Assembly (NCBI GenBank): GCA_016748015.1
Contig: JAAOMT010000777.1
Coordinates: forward strand, 315,209 to 379,208
Reading direction: 5' to 3'
DNA: 64,000 nucleotides
From: Geosiphon pyriformis uo1
Taxonomy: Eukaryota > Fungi > Glomeromycota
Shown: piece after piece, positions 26,312 to 38,330 of the stretch
Position numbering within the stretch: position 1 is the first letter of the stretch
Layout: every line of letters begins with the position of its first letter
The notes under the pieces: generated by a model
Seen by the model: only the letters and a program-made list of their open reading frames with translations
What the model was told of the DNA's origin: nothing
Databases searched by the model: none
Position numbers and translations under genes: made by a program

Positions 26312-27286
26312 TTTAAAAAAGTGTAAAGATTTTTTTTTGGTTTGAATTTCTCTCTGCTTTCCTTTTACAGGGATATCGGGAAGTAAAGGTTAAAACCAAG
26401 TTCATAGATTTGATAAAGCTCTCAAAAATTTCTTTTTACATTAGTAAATAAATTTTTATTTAATGCTGGTAAAAATAAAGCTACGCCCAGTCGCGTAATG
26501 AATTTTTTTATTAAAGAATTTCTTTGGGATATTCGAGGAATTATACGTAATAGATATTAATTTAGCATATTAATATCAATATTTATTTCAATAATGAAAA
26601 TTTGAGAATGTATAAAAAATATTATCAAACAGGAAAAAAAAAGGTACATTTTTAAAATCTTTGAGTGAAACGCGTATAACTGAAACCTATTAAAAAAAGG
26701 GAGATCAAACAAAGAAATTGAATACACATTGAAATGAAATGAAAATAAATAAATGAAATCAAATGAAAAAAGAATAAATTTATTAAAATGAATCATTAGA
26801 ATATTTTAAGAACAAATTAGTATTATCAACGGGATGATGCATAAAATGGTTTTGATTCGGAATGATTCGATTACGTCAGAAGTCTCTAAACCTTTGAATG
26901 ATATCTCAAAAGAATGAGGTATTAATGACATATGTCAAGAGAAAAGTGACATTTCGATTTCTTCTTTTCTTGGATAAATGATTTCTTAAATAAAAATTGA
27001 ATTTGCTTGAAATTGAAGCAGCTATTATAGTTAACCCGCCAATCAGAATAAATTTGAGTGAAAAAGATTGTGAGAAAAAAAAAAAAAAGTAATGACCAAA
27101 AAACAGAGCAAAAATGCGGTAAATAGATATACAAGAAAGTAGTCTTTTTCATTTTACTTTTGAATTGATTTCAAAAATTAATTCAACTATTCAAAAATAT
27201 ATATATATAAAATTACCCTTTTATTGCAGAATATAAAATTATATTATTACAATTTTTTAAATAAAAATATATTTGTGAATAAAAAT

Positions 27287-27630
27287 CTAATTAAAAAGAA
27301 AAGTAGTAGCAGCCTCATTATCATAAGTATTCGCCGTTTGAGCTGCATTTGCCGCTTCAATTTCTAATTGATTTGTGTTGGCGGCTTCATTGGATGCAAT
27401 TGTTTCTTGTGGAGAATTTAGAAGGATGACTGGTTTATATCCTGTAAGAAAATTGCGTTTATTTAACAAGTAAAGTTGATGCAGCCTCATTATCATAGGT
27501 ATTTGCAGTTTGAGCTGCATTAGCTGCTTCGATCTCGAGTTGATTTGTGTTGGTTGCTTCATTGGATGCAATGGTTTCATGGGCATTATTAAGAAGAATG
27601 ACTGGCTTATATCCTGTAAGAAAATTGCGT
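27287..27630 (-). pseudogene. Out-of-frame repeat units 3 and 4 of precursor copy 3
   Basis: Unit 3 is a 172-bp duplicate of unit 2 carrying the same insertion. Unit 4 ends ...ATTFLFN* like copies 1 and 2. Confidence 0.8.
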
Positions 27631-28068
27631 TTATTTAACAAGTAAAGTTGATGCAGCCTCATTATCATAGGTATTTGCAGTTTGAGCTGCATTAGCTGCT
27701 TCGATCTCGAGTTGATTTGTGTTGGTTGCTTCATTGGATGCAATGGTTTCATGGGCATTATTAAGAAGAATGACTGGCTTATATCCTGTAAGAAAATTGC
27801 GTTTGTTAACAAGTAAAGTTGATGCAGCCTCATTATCATATGTATTTGCAGTTTGAGCCGCATTAGCTGCTTCGATCTCGAGTTGATTGGTATTGGCGGC
27901 TTCATTGGATGCAATAGTTTCTTGAGCGGTATTAAGGACAATTACCGGCTTGAAACCTGGCACGAAATTACGCGTTTGAATAGGAGTTGCAGACGCGTAA
28001 AAGTTTTGGATGATAAGGGACGAAAGAGCAATAAGAGTGAGCAAAATTTTAACTTCACTGTTCATCAT
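27631..28068 (-). CDS. Secreted Kex2-processed repeat precursor, copy 3, truncated to two units by a +1 insertion and stop
   Basis: Diverged signal (MMNSEVKILLTLIALSS). GTTAACAAACGC (V-N-K-R) has become GTTAAATAAACGC (V-K-stop) at the end of unit 2. Confidence 0.8.
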   Translation of the reverse strand: MMNSEVKILLTLIALSSLIIQNFYASATPIQTRNFVPGFKPVIVLNTAQETIASNEAANTNQLEIEAANAAQTANTYDNEAASTLLVNKRNFLTGYKPVILLNNAHETIASNEATNTNQLEIEAANAAQTANTYDNEAASTLLVK

Positions 28069-28392
28069 TATTTACTTTTGAATTGTGAAAATTCTTATTT
28101 TTTAATAGAAAGTAAAATACTTTTAAAATTTATAAATAACAAATTTAAATAATGCAATCACTTTGGCATTTTTTCTCCTGCTCATGTGCTTTTGATTATT
28201 ACCCAAAGCTATAATCTTTTAAGATTTTTTTTTCGATGAGAATTATGCTATTATAACGATTTCATTATTTTATGCTATCTCCCTCCCTCCCTGAAAAAAA
28301 AAATTTATAAAGAAGAATCTTCTTATTTCTAGTATTTAATATTAAAAAAGTCTTTTAAAAAAATAATTTTAACATTAAAAGTTTATTTCAAG

Positions 28393-28755
28393 ATGCCCTC
28401 TTTCAAAATTGTTTTTACTACGTTCTTTGGAATTCTCCTTGCTATCCAAATCCAATCAGCTCCAATTATTAATGATTCAAACTCCCATTTGAGCTTTTAT
28501 AAAAGGGAACCCTTTGATGGGATTATCAATAAAGCCCCGATTGCTACTGCTTTGCCTGCCATGGCAGCTGTGAAGATTGGAACCATAGCTCCAGTTGGTT
28601 TAGGTCCTCTCAATCCTATTACCCCGATTAAAAATATTGTAACCCCACTTGCCGTTGGATATGATGGAATTATTGGAACCCCTCTTCAAAGTAATTTGTA
28701 TGCTTCAATTGACGGTTATCTCGGCCGTGGTATTGGATATGGTAATTTCGGTTAA
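28393..28755 (+). CDS. Small secreted prepropeptide (120 aa) with a single KR site; Gly/Ile/Pro-rich hydrophobic mature part
   Basis: Signal MPSFKIVFTTFFGILLAIQIQS-API, pro-region ending FYKR, mature EPFDGII...GYLGRGIGYGNFG. It is head-to-head with precursor copy 3 (324 bp apart). Confidence 0.8.
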   Translation: MPSFKIVFTTFFGILLAIQIQSAPIINDSNSHLSFYKREPFDGIINKAPIATALPAMAAVKIGTIAPVGLGPLNPITPIKNIVTPLAVGYDGIIGTPLQSNLYASIDGYLGRGIGYGNFG

Positions 28756-29326
28756 GGCACTGGGTATATGATAAGACTATCCTCATTCCGGGGTTATGAT
28801 AGACTTTACTAAAGGTTTACATAGAGTAAAAAGAACTAAATACTTTAATACTATTGTTACTATTTTCTCTTAGATTAAAATAATACTTTAATCAAAATTA
28901 AAATATTTGACCAAAAATAATTCCCACAAAAAATAAAACTGAAAATCTTTTAATGAAAGTTTTTTGATTACTAATTAGTTTGTTCATTCTTTGCTAAAAA
29001 ATAAACTTTTTCTTCCAATACAATACATTAATCTAAATTAAAAAAGTATCAATTACTTAGTATTTTGACTAATGTTATATTATATATTCTTAATTTTAAT
29101 AATATTAATATTAATTTCATAAAAATTGGTAATTAATTAGTTATTTATGTTTTTAATACAAATAAATAAACAATTTTTTAGTCAATTTAAACAACATATA
29201 AAATAATAAGTAAACTTTTTTAATGTTATAATAAACAAAAATTAATTAGTATTTTTTAAATTTAAGAAATAGTTTTAAAACATTAACATTTAAAAAATTT
29301 AGTTTTTATATTTAAATTATTAATTA

Positions 29327-29365
<39 letters not shown>

Positions 29366-30556
29366 GTTTAATAAAATTATTAAAAAAATTTTATTGTTTT
29401 AAAATTCATGTACAAAATTTGGTTTATATAAAAAATAATTATATTATTCAAATCATAAAAAAAAATCCAAAAAAAATATAAAATTTTTTTTTATTCGGTT
29501 TTTTTTTTAAAAATATTTTTTTGTTTGTAAAATTAAATATTAATTTAAAACATGTAAATATATATACAAATTAAGAAATAATTATTAAAAACTTTTTATT
29601 TAATACTTTTAAAGTAATTATAAAATTGGTTTTTTTTTAAGTTTAATAAAATAATATCAATTAAATTATAACTTATTAATTTATAATAAAATTTGCTAAT
29701 TATAAAATTATTAAACCAATAGTTTTTGAATAATTGAGTTTTTATTAAAAAAAATTAATATATATAATAAATATAATTATATATAATTTTTTTGTTTTTT
29801 TAATATTATATAAAAAAAAAAACTTGTATTATTAATTAAAATTTTATTATATATATTTGAATTAAATGTATAATAATTTGTTTTAATTATAAAAAAAACT
29901 TTGAAAAATATTTTTAAAACAATTTTATAATTTAAAACAATTTTGTCTTATTATATTATTGTAAAATATAATTTTGTTAAAAATATTATGTTTTATTTTT
30001 TTAATACTGCTTTTAAAAAATATTAAATTAAAATACAATTCTGTTGGTTTTAAAAAATAAATAAATAAATAAGTTAATAAAAAAACTATATTAATAGTTT
30101 TTTAATTTTATTTTAAATATAAATTATTACCTTTTTTTTTTATATATTTTAAATTCTTCAAAGAAAATTTTTTCAAAAAAAAGTTTTTTTATTTTTCCTA
30201 GTTATATTTTTTTAATATTTTTTAAGTTAATAATTCTTTTGTAATAAACTTAAATACTATTTTAAATAACAATATGTTTAAAAAAAAGATGTTCAAAGAA
30301 GCTCTTTATAGTTCTGTTAGTAGTATTTTCTCTTAGAAAAAGAAAGTTTTTGTGGACAATATTAAATACTTTGGTGATAAAAAAAAATTTTTTTGGTCAA
30401 ACTTAGTCTTAATAATAATATATATTTAGATATAGATAGTAAGTTTAATAACAATAAAATTAATGATACTATAATAGAATCTGATAGTAGTTTTTTTCTT
30501 GGTTTAGTTGCAACAATTCTTAAAGCTAAGAGATTTAATATTGGTTTAAATAATAG

Positions 30557-33500
30557 AAAAAAAATCTTTCTCTTGTTGATCCCCTAGTTATAACGAGAGA
30601 TAAAATATACTGAAGAAATAATTTTCAATTATTCCTTTTTCCCTTTATTTTCACAGTTATTTCTTTCAACATATCTTTGTTTATGAGTATAGATCTAGTA
30701 GGCTTTTCTACTGATAAGTTGGTGTTACTCATAGAAATATAGGAAATATATTAGCATAATTATTAGCCAATCAGAAGTAAGTGTAGTAAATGTGGAATTC
30801 CAGAATTCCTCTCAGGAATTGCAAGATTCCAGGAATTTCAGGATTCCCAACAAAGAATTGCAGGATTCCAGAATTCCAGGATTCCTCTCAAAAGAATTGC
30901 AGAATTCCTGTTGTAAAGAATCGAGGAATTGAGGAATCCCAATTATGTATATATAGCAGTAGTGTTAGAAACAGAAAAGACAGAATCAATACCACAGAAT
31001 CCTTAGCCAAGAAACCAATCATCAAATAAATAATTATTCTATATCTCAATCTACTATTTACTATTAACACTTCATGTTGATAGTAATTGCTACTTAATCA
31101 CGCTGGAACAATAGCTCTTGATCACAGCTATTGATAAGATACTAATGGACCAAATTGCCTTGGCTTATTTTCTTCATTTTCTTTATTTTTATTTTCTTTA
31201 TTTTATTTCCTTTCTTTCTTTGATTTTGTTGTTGTATACTAATTGATTAAAAAATTAAGCACTGAGTTATTGACGTCAAGGATAGCCTGGTAAAAGACCC
31301 AGAAATAAGGGTAGGATTTTATATATATTATCGGATAGCTTACCAGAAGGACATGACTGCCAGACTAAATCTGGCCACTATGCTGAGAAAGAAATTGAGA
31401 AAACCACTTGAGGATACAACCACTATCAACCTTATTGAATCTCTGTCCATTATACAAAGAACTCCACAACAAAAACCTTCAGATCAAACAAAACCTTCAG
31501 ATCACTATCAACTGCAATTAGCTTTGAGCACCAAGTTAAGAGTTTGTGATTTAATTCAACAGCAGAAATAATCACCTGTAACATTGGTGTCTGTTCTGGC
31601 TGGGTTGAGGATCTGGTCTGATGTCAAAACCAAACAGTTGGTGAGCACTCACTTGTGCAGTGCTTCTTACAAAAAACCCAAAAAACCTACTATCATGAAC
31701 AATATGGTCAAGATATTAGCTGGCTCTCTATTTCTTGTGAATATAGTTATTAATGGTGACAAACCTGCAAGGTTCTGAGGCAGTAAAGTAAACAGCGAGA
31801 CAAGTAGCATTAGCAGTATATTAAACTTGGAGAACATAAAGAATACAGTTGCAGAAGAAACCAGTTATGCAAATTCAAATACCTTGAAAGTCTATAATGC
31901 TATGAATGATGCAACACCCAAGAAAATTTGTACCAGGACATATGTTATGAGCAGCAAGCCAAAGACTATTTCTTTCAACAACTTGAGCGATAACAATAAT
32001 GATATTTTGATACTTCCAGTTCCTAAATTTTTCTGGTGCTAAGCATTTGCTATCTGTTGGGTTATATGTTATAAATAGGCAAAATTTTGAGCCAGTCAAA
32101 TTTTTTGTATTAGATATTGAGCTATTTGCTGTGTTAGACAAAACTAATAGTAATAAGTTAATTGTTATCAAAAAAATTTTTTATCGAATTGATGGTTTTG
32201 GAGGGACATCCATTTTTTCAAAATTTTCTAGAATCATTAGATCTTCATTTACATCTGAATTTAGTTTGTATAAGGCCAAAGAATTGGCAATCTGTGAGAA
32301 AATTATTATTAATAATGATTTAAGAAAAGTAAATAACTATTCAGATCAGAAGGTGATTGTCAAGGAGATTCCAGTTGATCTTTCCAAATCAGCTATAGAA
32401 TCTGTTTTTTCTAAGTTTGGCAAGATTGTGTCAATCAAGATGCAGCTGATTGGTCTATGGCAAAAAGCTTTGGTAGAGTTTGAGTCTTCTGAAATAGCTG
32501 GTTTGGTTGTAGCTAAATGGTCTGTTCTTATGAGAAAAAATTCTGTTTGTGTGGCAAAAGCTGTTAATAATAAACAATTATGGGTTTCCAGAGATTTGCA
32601 TCAGACATTGTTTTATATCCTTCCAATTGGTACTATGGCTCATGATCTTTCAGATTTGTTGGAATTATATGGTAGGAAAACTTGCTTTATTGGCTGTAAT
32701 CCCAGCTCTTATGTGTATGATAGATGTGCAATTGTGTGTTTTGCTGATGAGGCATCCAAATTGACTGCTATTGGTTCTATTTCAGTGTTTAAAAGTGTGA
32801 ATTTGCAATGGGCTGGTCTTTCTCTGGCTTGTTGCACCAAATATAAACAATTTGGTCATATCTCTAATATGTGTTCAGTTGGTGGAAATTCTAGTGTTTG
32901 TGGGAAGTGGATGGTAACTGATCAAAATTGGGTCTACTTGGCTGGTATTTATAAGAAGAAACAGGCCCCTATTGTCCGTTCAGTTTCTTTTGGTAACAAA
33001 ACTTGGGCTCAAGTAGCTGGTGGTTTCTCTTCTCATGTGGCTCTTTTGGTTCTTTTTAGTACTGGTCTGTTCCTTGTTGCTGAGACATCTATATTTGCTT
33101 CTGCTTCCCCTAGTGACCATGGCTTTTATGGTTATCTAGTATCTTTGGAATGCTCTCTTGAACTTTTGGCTAACCAGGTCTCTGGTATTTTGAAGAAATT
33201 GGGTTCTATAGAATTGGTGTTCCCAGTGGTCACACCTGTTGTTTTTTCTCTGGTGGTTTCTGTGTTTGTGGTCTCTAGTTTGGATATAAATATGGTTTTA
33301 GATAGTGTTTTAGTGATTTCTGTTCCTTCTTCTTAGGTCATTGATAATACAACTACTGGCTTGAGTTTGAGCAGTTCTAAGGTTTTGACCATCAAGGTCA
33401 GTGGTTTGGAATCCAAGATAATGGCTTTGGAAGTATCAGTTGAGTCTATTTTGGATAAATTAAACTGTTTGTGTTCAGGTTTGAGTACATCGGCTCTCTT

Positions 33501-36500
33501 TACTTTTCAATGAGTGTGTTAGTTTGGAAGATTACTATGTGCAATGTTAGGGGCATAAACAATCCTGCAAAACAGGATGATATAATTCATTGGCATAAGG
33601 AACAGAACAATTTAATTACTGTTGTTACTGAGACTAAGTTAAAGGATAAAATTTGCCCATGGATTATGAATAAGTTTAATGGTATTTGGATTTTCACTTC
33701 TGGTCTGAACTCTAGCTATTTGGGTTCTGGTGTTGTGATTATCATAAATGTTTCTTTGACAAAACATGTGTGTAAAATTTCCAAGGTTCCTGATTGGTTC
33801 ATCTCTCTTAAGTTACTCTTCAAAAATAAACTTTCTGTTTCAATTCTGGGGCTCTATGCTGGTGCTTTTTTGGTGGCTTGGTTTTCTCAAGCTGGTAATA
33901 TTAATTCTATAATTGCTAAAGCCATAAATGAGTCCTCTTTTGTAATTCTAGGTGGTGACTTCAATGAAAATAGCTCTCATAAGTGTGTCAGTTTTAAAAA
34001 GTGTCTGAATCTTGGTTTGGTCAATTCCTTAAGTAGATGTTTTTATGTAAAAATACCAACATGGGCTAACTCTCATGGTGTGGCTAAGACAATTAATTTT
34101 TTGTTTATCTCTTTAAACTTGGTTAATGCTGTGGTGGGTCAAAATGTGTTTGACATTGGAGAATTTTTTGATACTGACCATCAGACTGTGTCTATGTCTG
34201 TGGGTTTGGGTGGACTTTTGAATATATGGCTAAACTCTTTTTGCAAGCAAGTGAATAAAGATTGTTGGAAGTTTGATTTCAAGGGTGCTGATAAAGCTAA
34301 ATGGAAAGATTTTGGTAATGCTACATTGGCCAATGCATTGATGTTCTCGGATGAGTTTGCCATAGCTGTAAGGTTTTTGGATCTGAATGTAATATGAGAT
34401 GTTGTTCACAAGATAATAGTTCTTTTGGCTAATAAGGTGTTTAAGAAGAGATGATTTAAGGGCTTTAATAATGTTTTTACCAAGGAGTCTTCAAGGTATT
34501 ACAAATTAGAACTTTTGGTTTCTAAAATTATTAAGGCTTTGTATGAGGAAAATGTTGTGAATTTTGATTCTCTTATAAAGTGCTAAGTTTCTTTAGACAA
34601 TGTTAATACTTCAGTCATTCAAGATATTGTGAATTCTGGTGCAGGCTCTGGTCACATTTGTTCTGCTTTTTGTGGTGCTAAAAAGGCTTATTGCACATCC
34701 AAACTTGCCAAATCTTTGAGGGCTAAGAAGGTAACCATCAGAGCTGCTATAGATAAGAAAATAGAGAGCTTTGAGGTAAATAAGAGTCATATAATTAGGA
34801 GTGTGCTGGAGCACCCATTTCACAAAGTGGTTCTCAATCATCTAGTTGTTGATGATGAACTTATTCTGGAACCCGATTTGGTTAAATCTAAGGTGGACAT
34901 TATTATGGAGGGTTGGACTAGAAAGCATTACATGGTTGATGATGTTTTTGGTGATTGGTGTTGTTAATATCAACCTTTAGAGTATGTTTTTAATAAAGCT
35001 TTTTCTAATGTTATGTGTTCAATTGAGTTTGATAAATTGTTTGGGGTGATTTTTTCTCTGCTTAATGGCAAAGCTGCTGGTCTCTCAGGCATATTGAATG
35101 AGCTTTGGAAACATTGTGATAGAGCAGTTTTGGATATGTTTTTGGTGCTTTTGAACTCTTGTTTGTCTGGTGAATCTGTGCCTGATTCTTAGAAGGAAGC
35201 TTGGGTCTTAATAATTCCCAAACCATATGATTGGGAGAGTGTTCTTATGAATACTTGACCTATCACTTTAATCGAGACGGCTCATAAAATTCTCTCCAAA
35301 ATTCTCTCTGATAGGATTTTTTTGGCATGCAGCACTTTTGACATTCTTCATGGGAACTATTTTTTGGTTCTAAAAGGTACAACAATTCAGTCTCCCATTT
35401 TTGCTATTGGCTTGATTATTAAGGATGCTTTGGAAAAGAATCAGGAACTTTAAATGGTTTTACAGAATATAAGGAAGGTATACAATTTGGTTGGCTGGAA
35501 GCATCTCAAAAAGAGTTTAGTTAGGATTAAGATGTATAGCAAGTTCATTTGTTTTTTCAGCAGTATTCACAAAAGTCATACCAATTGTATTATGACAGAT
35601 TTTGATTTAACAGATGGTTATTAGGTACATGATAATTTAGACCAGAGAAAGATATTTTCTCCCCTTCTGTGGCACATATTTTATGATTCGCTGTTATGTA
35701 AAATCAAGCGTCAGGAGAGTGTATGTAGATATAGATTGAATTCTTATTTTGTTTCCAAAAATAGAAGTGCCAAATCTCAGGCTGAACTTTTTTTTTTTTT
35801 GCTGCTGGCATTTTTGTTGATGATACTATTTGGGTTGGTAGCAGTTAGAGTGCTACTCAACATATTCTTGATGTTGCTGGTGAATTTTTTCAGATAAATA
35901 ACATTTCTATTAATAATAATAAGACAGTGGTCATTCCTATCAATAGCAGAGTTGACAATCCTTCTTTGTATATCAATAGCTCACCAATATCTATTGCCAA
36001 AAAGAGTGAACCTTATCAGTATTTAGGTGTTTTTCTTTTAACTGAGGGTTTCTCAAAGCCTAGTCTGGCTAAGGCGAATTTGGACATTCATTTTTTCACC
36101 AATCTGATTCTGTGGAAGGTTGTCTCAGATAAACAGCTCTTATATCTGGTGTTGGTGGTTTTCCATCCTATTGTTAGTTATAGAATGCAGTTTAGCTTTG
36201 TTCCTGTTGGAGTGTGCAACAAATAGGATGCTTTTATTCACAAAGACTTAAAGCTTAAATCTGGTCTACCACTTGATTTTCCTAGTGATACAATTCACAA
36301 TCTTTTTTTTTATGGTTTGAAACCTTTCTTCCAAGTTCAGTCTGAAAGTAAAGTTGCTTCCCTTGTTAGTTTTGCAAACTCTGATAGTGTTGTGAGTCAC
36401 TTGTTTTTTCACAGGTCCCATGACCTGCAAGTTTTGTGTTAGAATTCTGTCCATCTACTGAGTTCTCCTATCTGTATTCATGTTAGTGCTTCTAATAATT

Positions 36501-38330
36501 TCTTGGCAGGCATGATTCGTGTTCTTCTTGATTACAATTTATTTCTGAGTGGCTCTTTGGCCACTCTCTTCTAATTCCATGGTGAGATTTCAATGTTTGC
36601 TGTTCTGGGCAAGTCAAGATTTCTTAGGTTTCTCTTTTCTCTTCAGTAGCATAGTATTGCTTTTGTTAACCAACTTTGTGATCATTATAGTGCTGTATTT
36701 AATTGGTATACTTTCAAGTGTTGGAAAAAATTAGATTTCTATGGTTCCGTTCCTGAGTGGTTCAAGCTTTCTGTTGCATTTCTTAATAGTGTGAGTTTTT
36801 TTTCTACTCTTCTCTCAGTATTACATGGTGTTGGACTTTTGAATATTCTTGAATCTAGTAATTTTGTGTCTGTTTGTGATCATCTCTCACAGACTGGTAC
36901 TAGCAGCTTGTTAGTGTACATGAATGGGTCTCTTAGTAATCTGGGCACAGCCAGCTGTAGAGCTGGTGTTGCTGCTTATTTTGAGGACATTGGTTTGGGT
37001 TTGGGAGTTAGTATGTCAGGTTTGATGTCATCTACATTGGCAGAATTGCAGGCTATTGCACTGGCTCTGGAATATGTCCCCTCATTGAGCTCTATTCAAC
37101 TGTTTTCGGATAATCAATCTGTTTTAGATGCTTGTAAGTTGGAATTGGGGTTGGCATGTTCTGACTTTTGTAATCAATGTTGGGTCGAACATTGTCATAT
37201 AGTCAATGTTATTTATGGTAAGAATTTGAGAATTAGCTGGCATAAGATAAAAGATTACTCTGGCATTTCAGAGAATGAGTGCACTGACACACTCGCTGGT
37301 GCCGCTTCTCTCTCTGATTGGTATCTTCCTCCTTGCCTGGATGAGCACTTCTTGATTGCTAATGGTGGTATTGTTTCTGGCAATTTTAGACATTTTGTCT
37401 GTGACATTTATTGTTCAGTTTGCCATACATGCTGGGAGATTAGTTCTGGTTCTAAGTTTTTGGCTGGCAGTTTGCTATTAGAGGTTGATTGGTGTTGCTC
37501 ATTATTGGTGTGGCATTCTGACTTGAACATGACTACCAGTTTTACCAGTAAATTCTCAGCTGATGCATGCACATATTTCATAAAAGCTTTGCATCATTGG
37601 CTACTGGTTGCTGTTCAGAAGTGTCTTTATAATAGGTTGTACTTTAGTGTGTTGTGCTTATATTGTGATGAGCTGGAGGTATTGGATCATGTGTTCTCTT
37701 GTAAGATTGATGAATCTGCTTGGCATCATTTGTTGGAGTCTCATGTGAATTCCTGAAAGGCAGTTTCTGGTCTTTCTCATTCTTTTTTGGACATATTGCA
37801 GCTGTTGTCATCTTACATCTCTGATTTTTCTGTGTTCATGGCTCTTTATAAAGGTTTTGTTTTTGATGATTGGTTTTGCAAAGTTGTTTCCATCTTCCAT
37901 AATCCCAAGGTTGCCAGTTTGGAGATTGTCAAATTTGTGTGTTCTCTTGGTCTTGTGTTCAGAACTGGTGTCTGGTCAATTTGTGCTAAGCATCGTGCTT
38001 ACATGGAGAAGAATGGGTTGATTCCAATTGATGGTTTGGCTGTCATCTCAGTTCCTGGTTTGGCTTCAAGGTTTTCTACTGGTGTGGTTAAATTACTTGG
38101 TATAGCTGATGCTGTTGGTGTTCATTTTGGCTTTTACAAGTCTTGTTTGTTTTTTTTGGTATAGATAATCTAGTGTCTGTTCATATAGCTGTGTAGTGTT
38201 GTTCTGATTGGCCCGAATGGCTGGTCACATGTAGAAAATACATAATTTACACCTAGTTTAGATTATTTCTTTGATGTATAGCACTAGGTCATGTTTGGAC
38301 CTTACTTGTTAAGCATAATAAAAAAAAAAA
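30557..38330 (+). mobile_element. LINE B: apparently full-length, decayed non-LTR retrotransposon (ORF1 RRM + Zn knuckle; ORF2 APE endonuclease-RT-RNase H-CCHC), inserted in LINE A
   Basis: ORF1 has VFSKFGKIVSIKMQLIGLWQKALVEF. ORF2 has CNVRGIN, ETKL, GGDFNE, TDH, RT core FVDDTIW (about 35815), RNase H AELQAIALAL/LFSD and CLYCDELEVLDHVFSC. A poly(A) tail lies at 38320-38331, with probable TSD AAATAATAG/AAATAATGG. Confidence 0.9.
30723..31583 (+). mobile_element. Solo LTR of the Ty3/Gypsy family found at 43105-53329, inserted in LINE B ORF1
   Basis: TGTTAC...GTAACA termini and a 4-bp TSD TTGG on both sides. It is the reverse-complement homolog of 43105-44037 and 52447-53329. Confidence 0.92.

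Noticed and set aside
16494-28755. Dikaritin/ustiloxin-type RiPP biosynthetic cluster
   Set aside because: No DUF3328 oxidase, tyrosinase, methyltransferase or recognisable transporter is in the window, and the 55-aa units lack a short core flanked by spacers.
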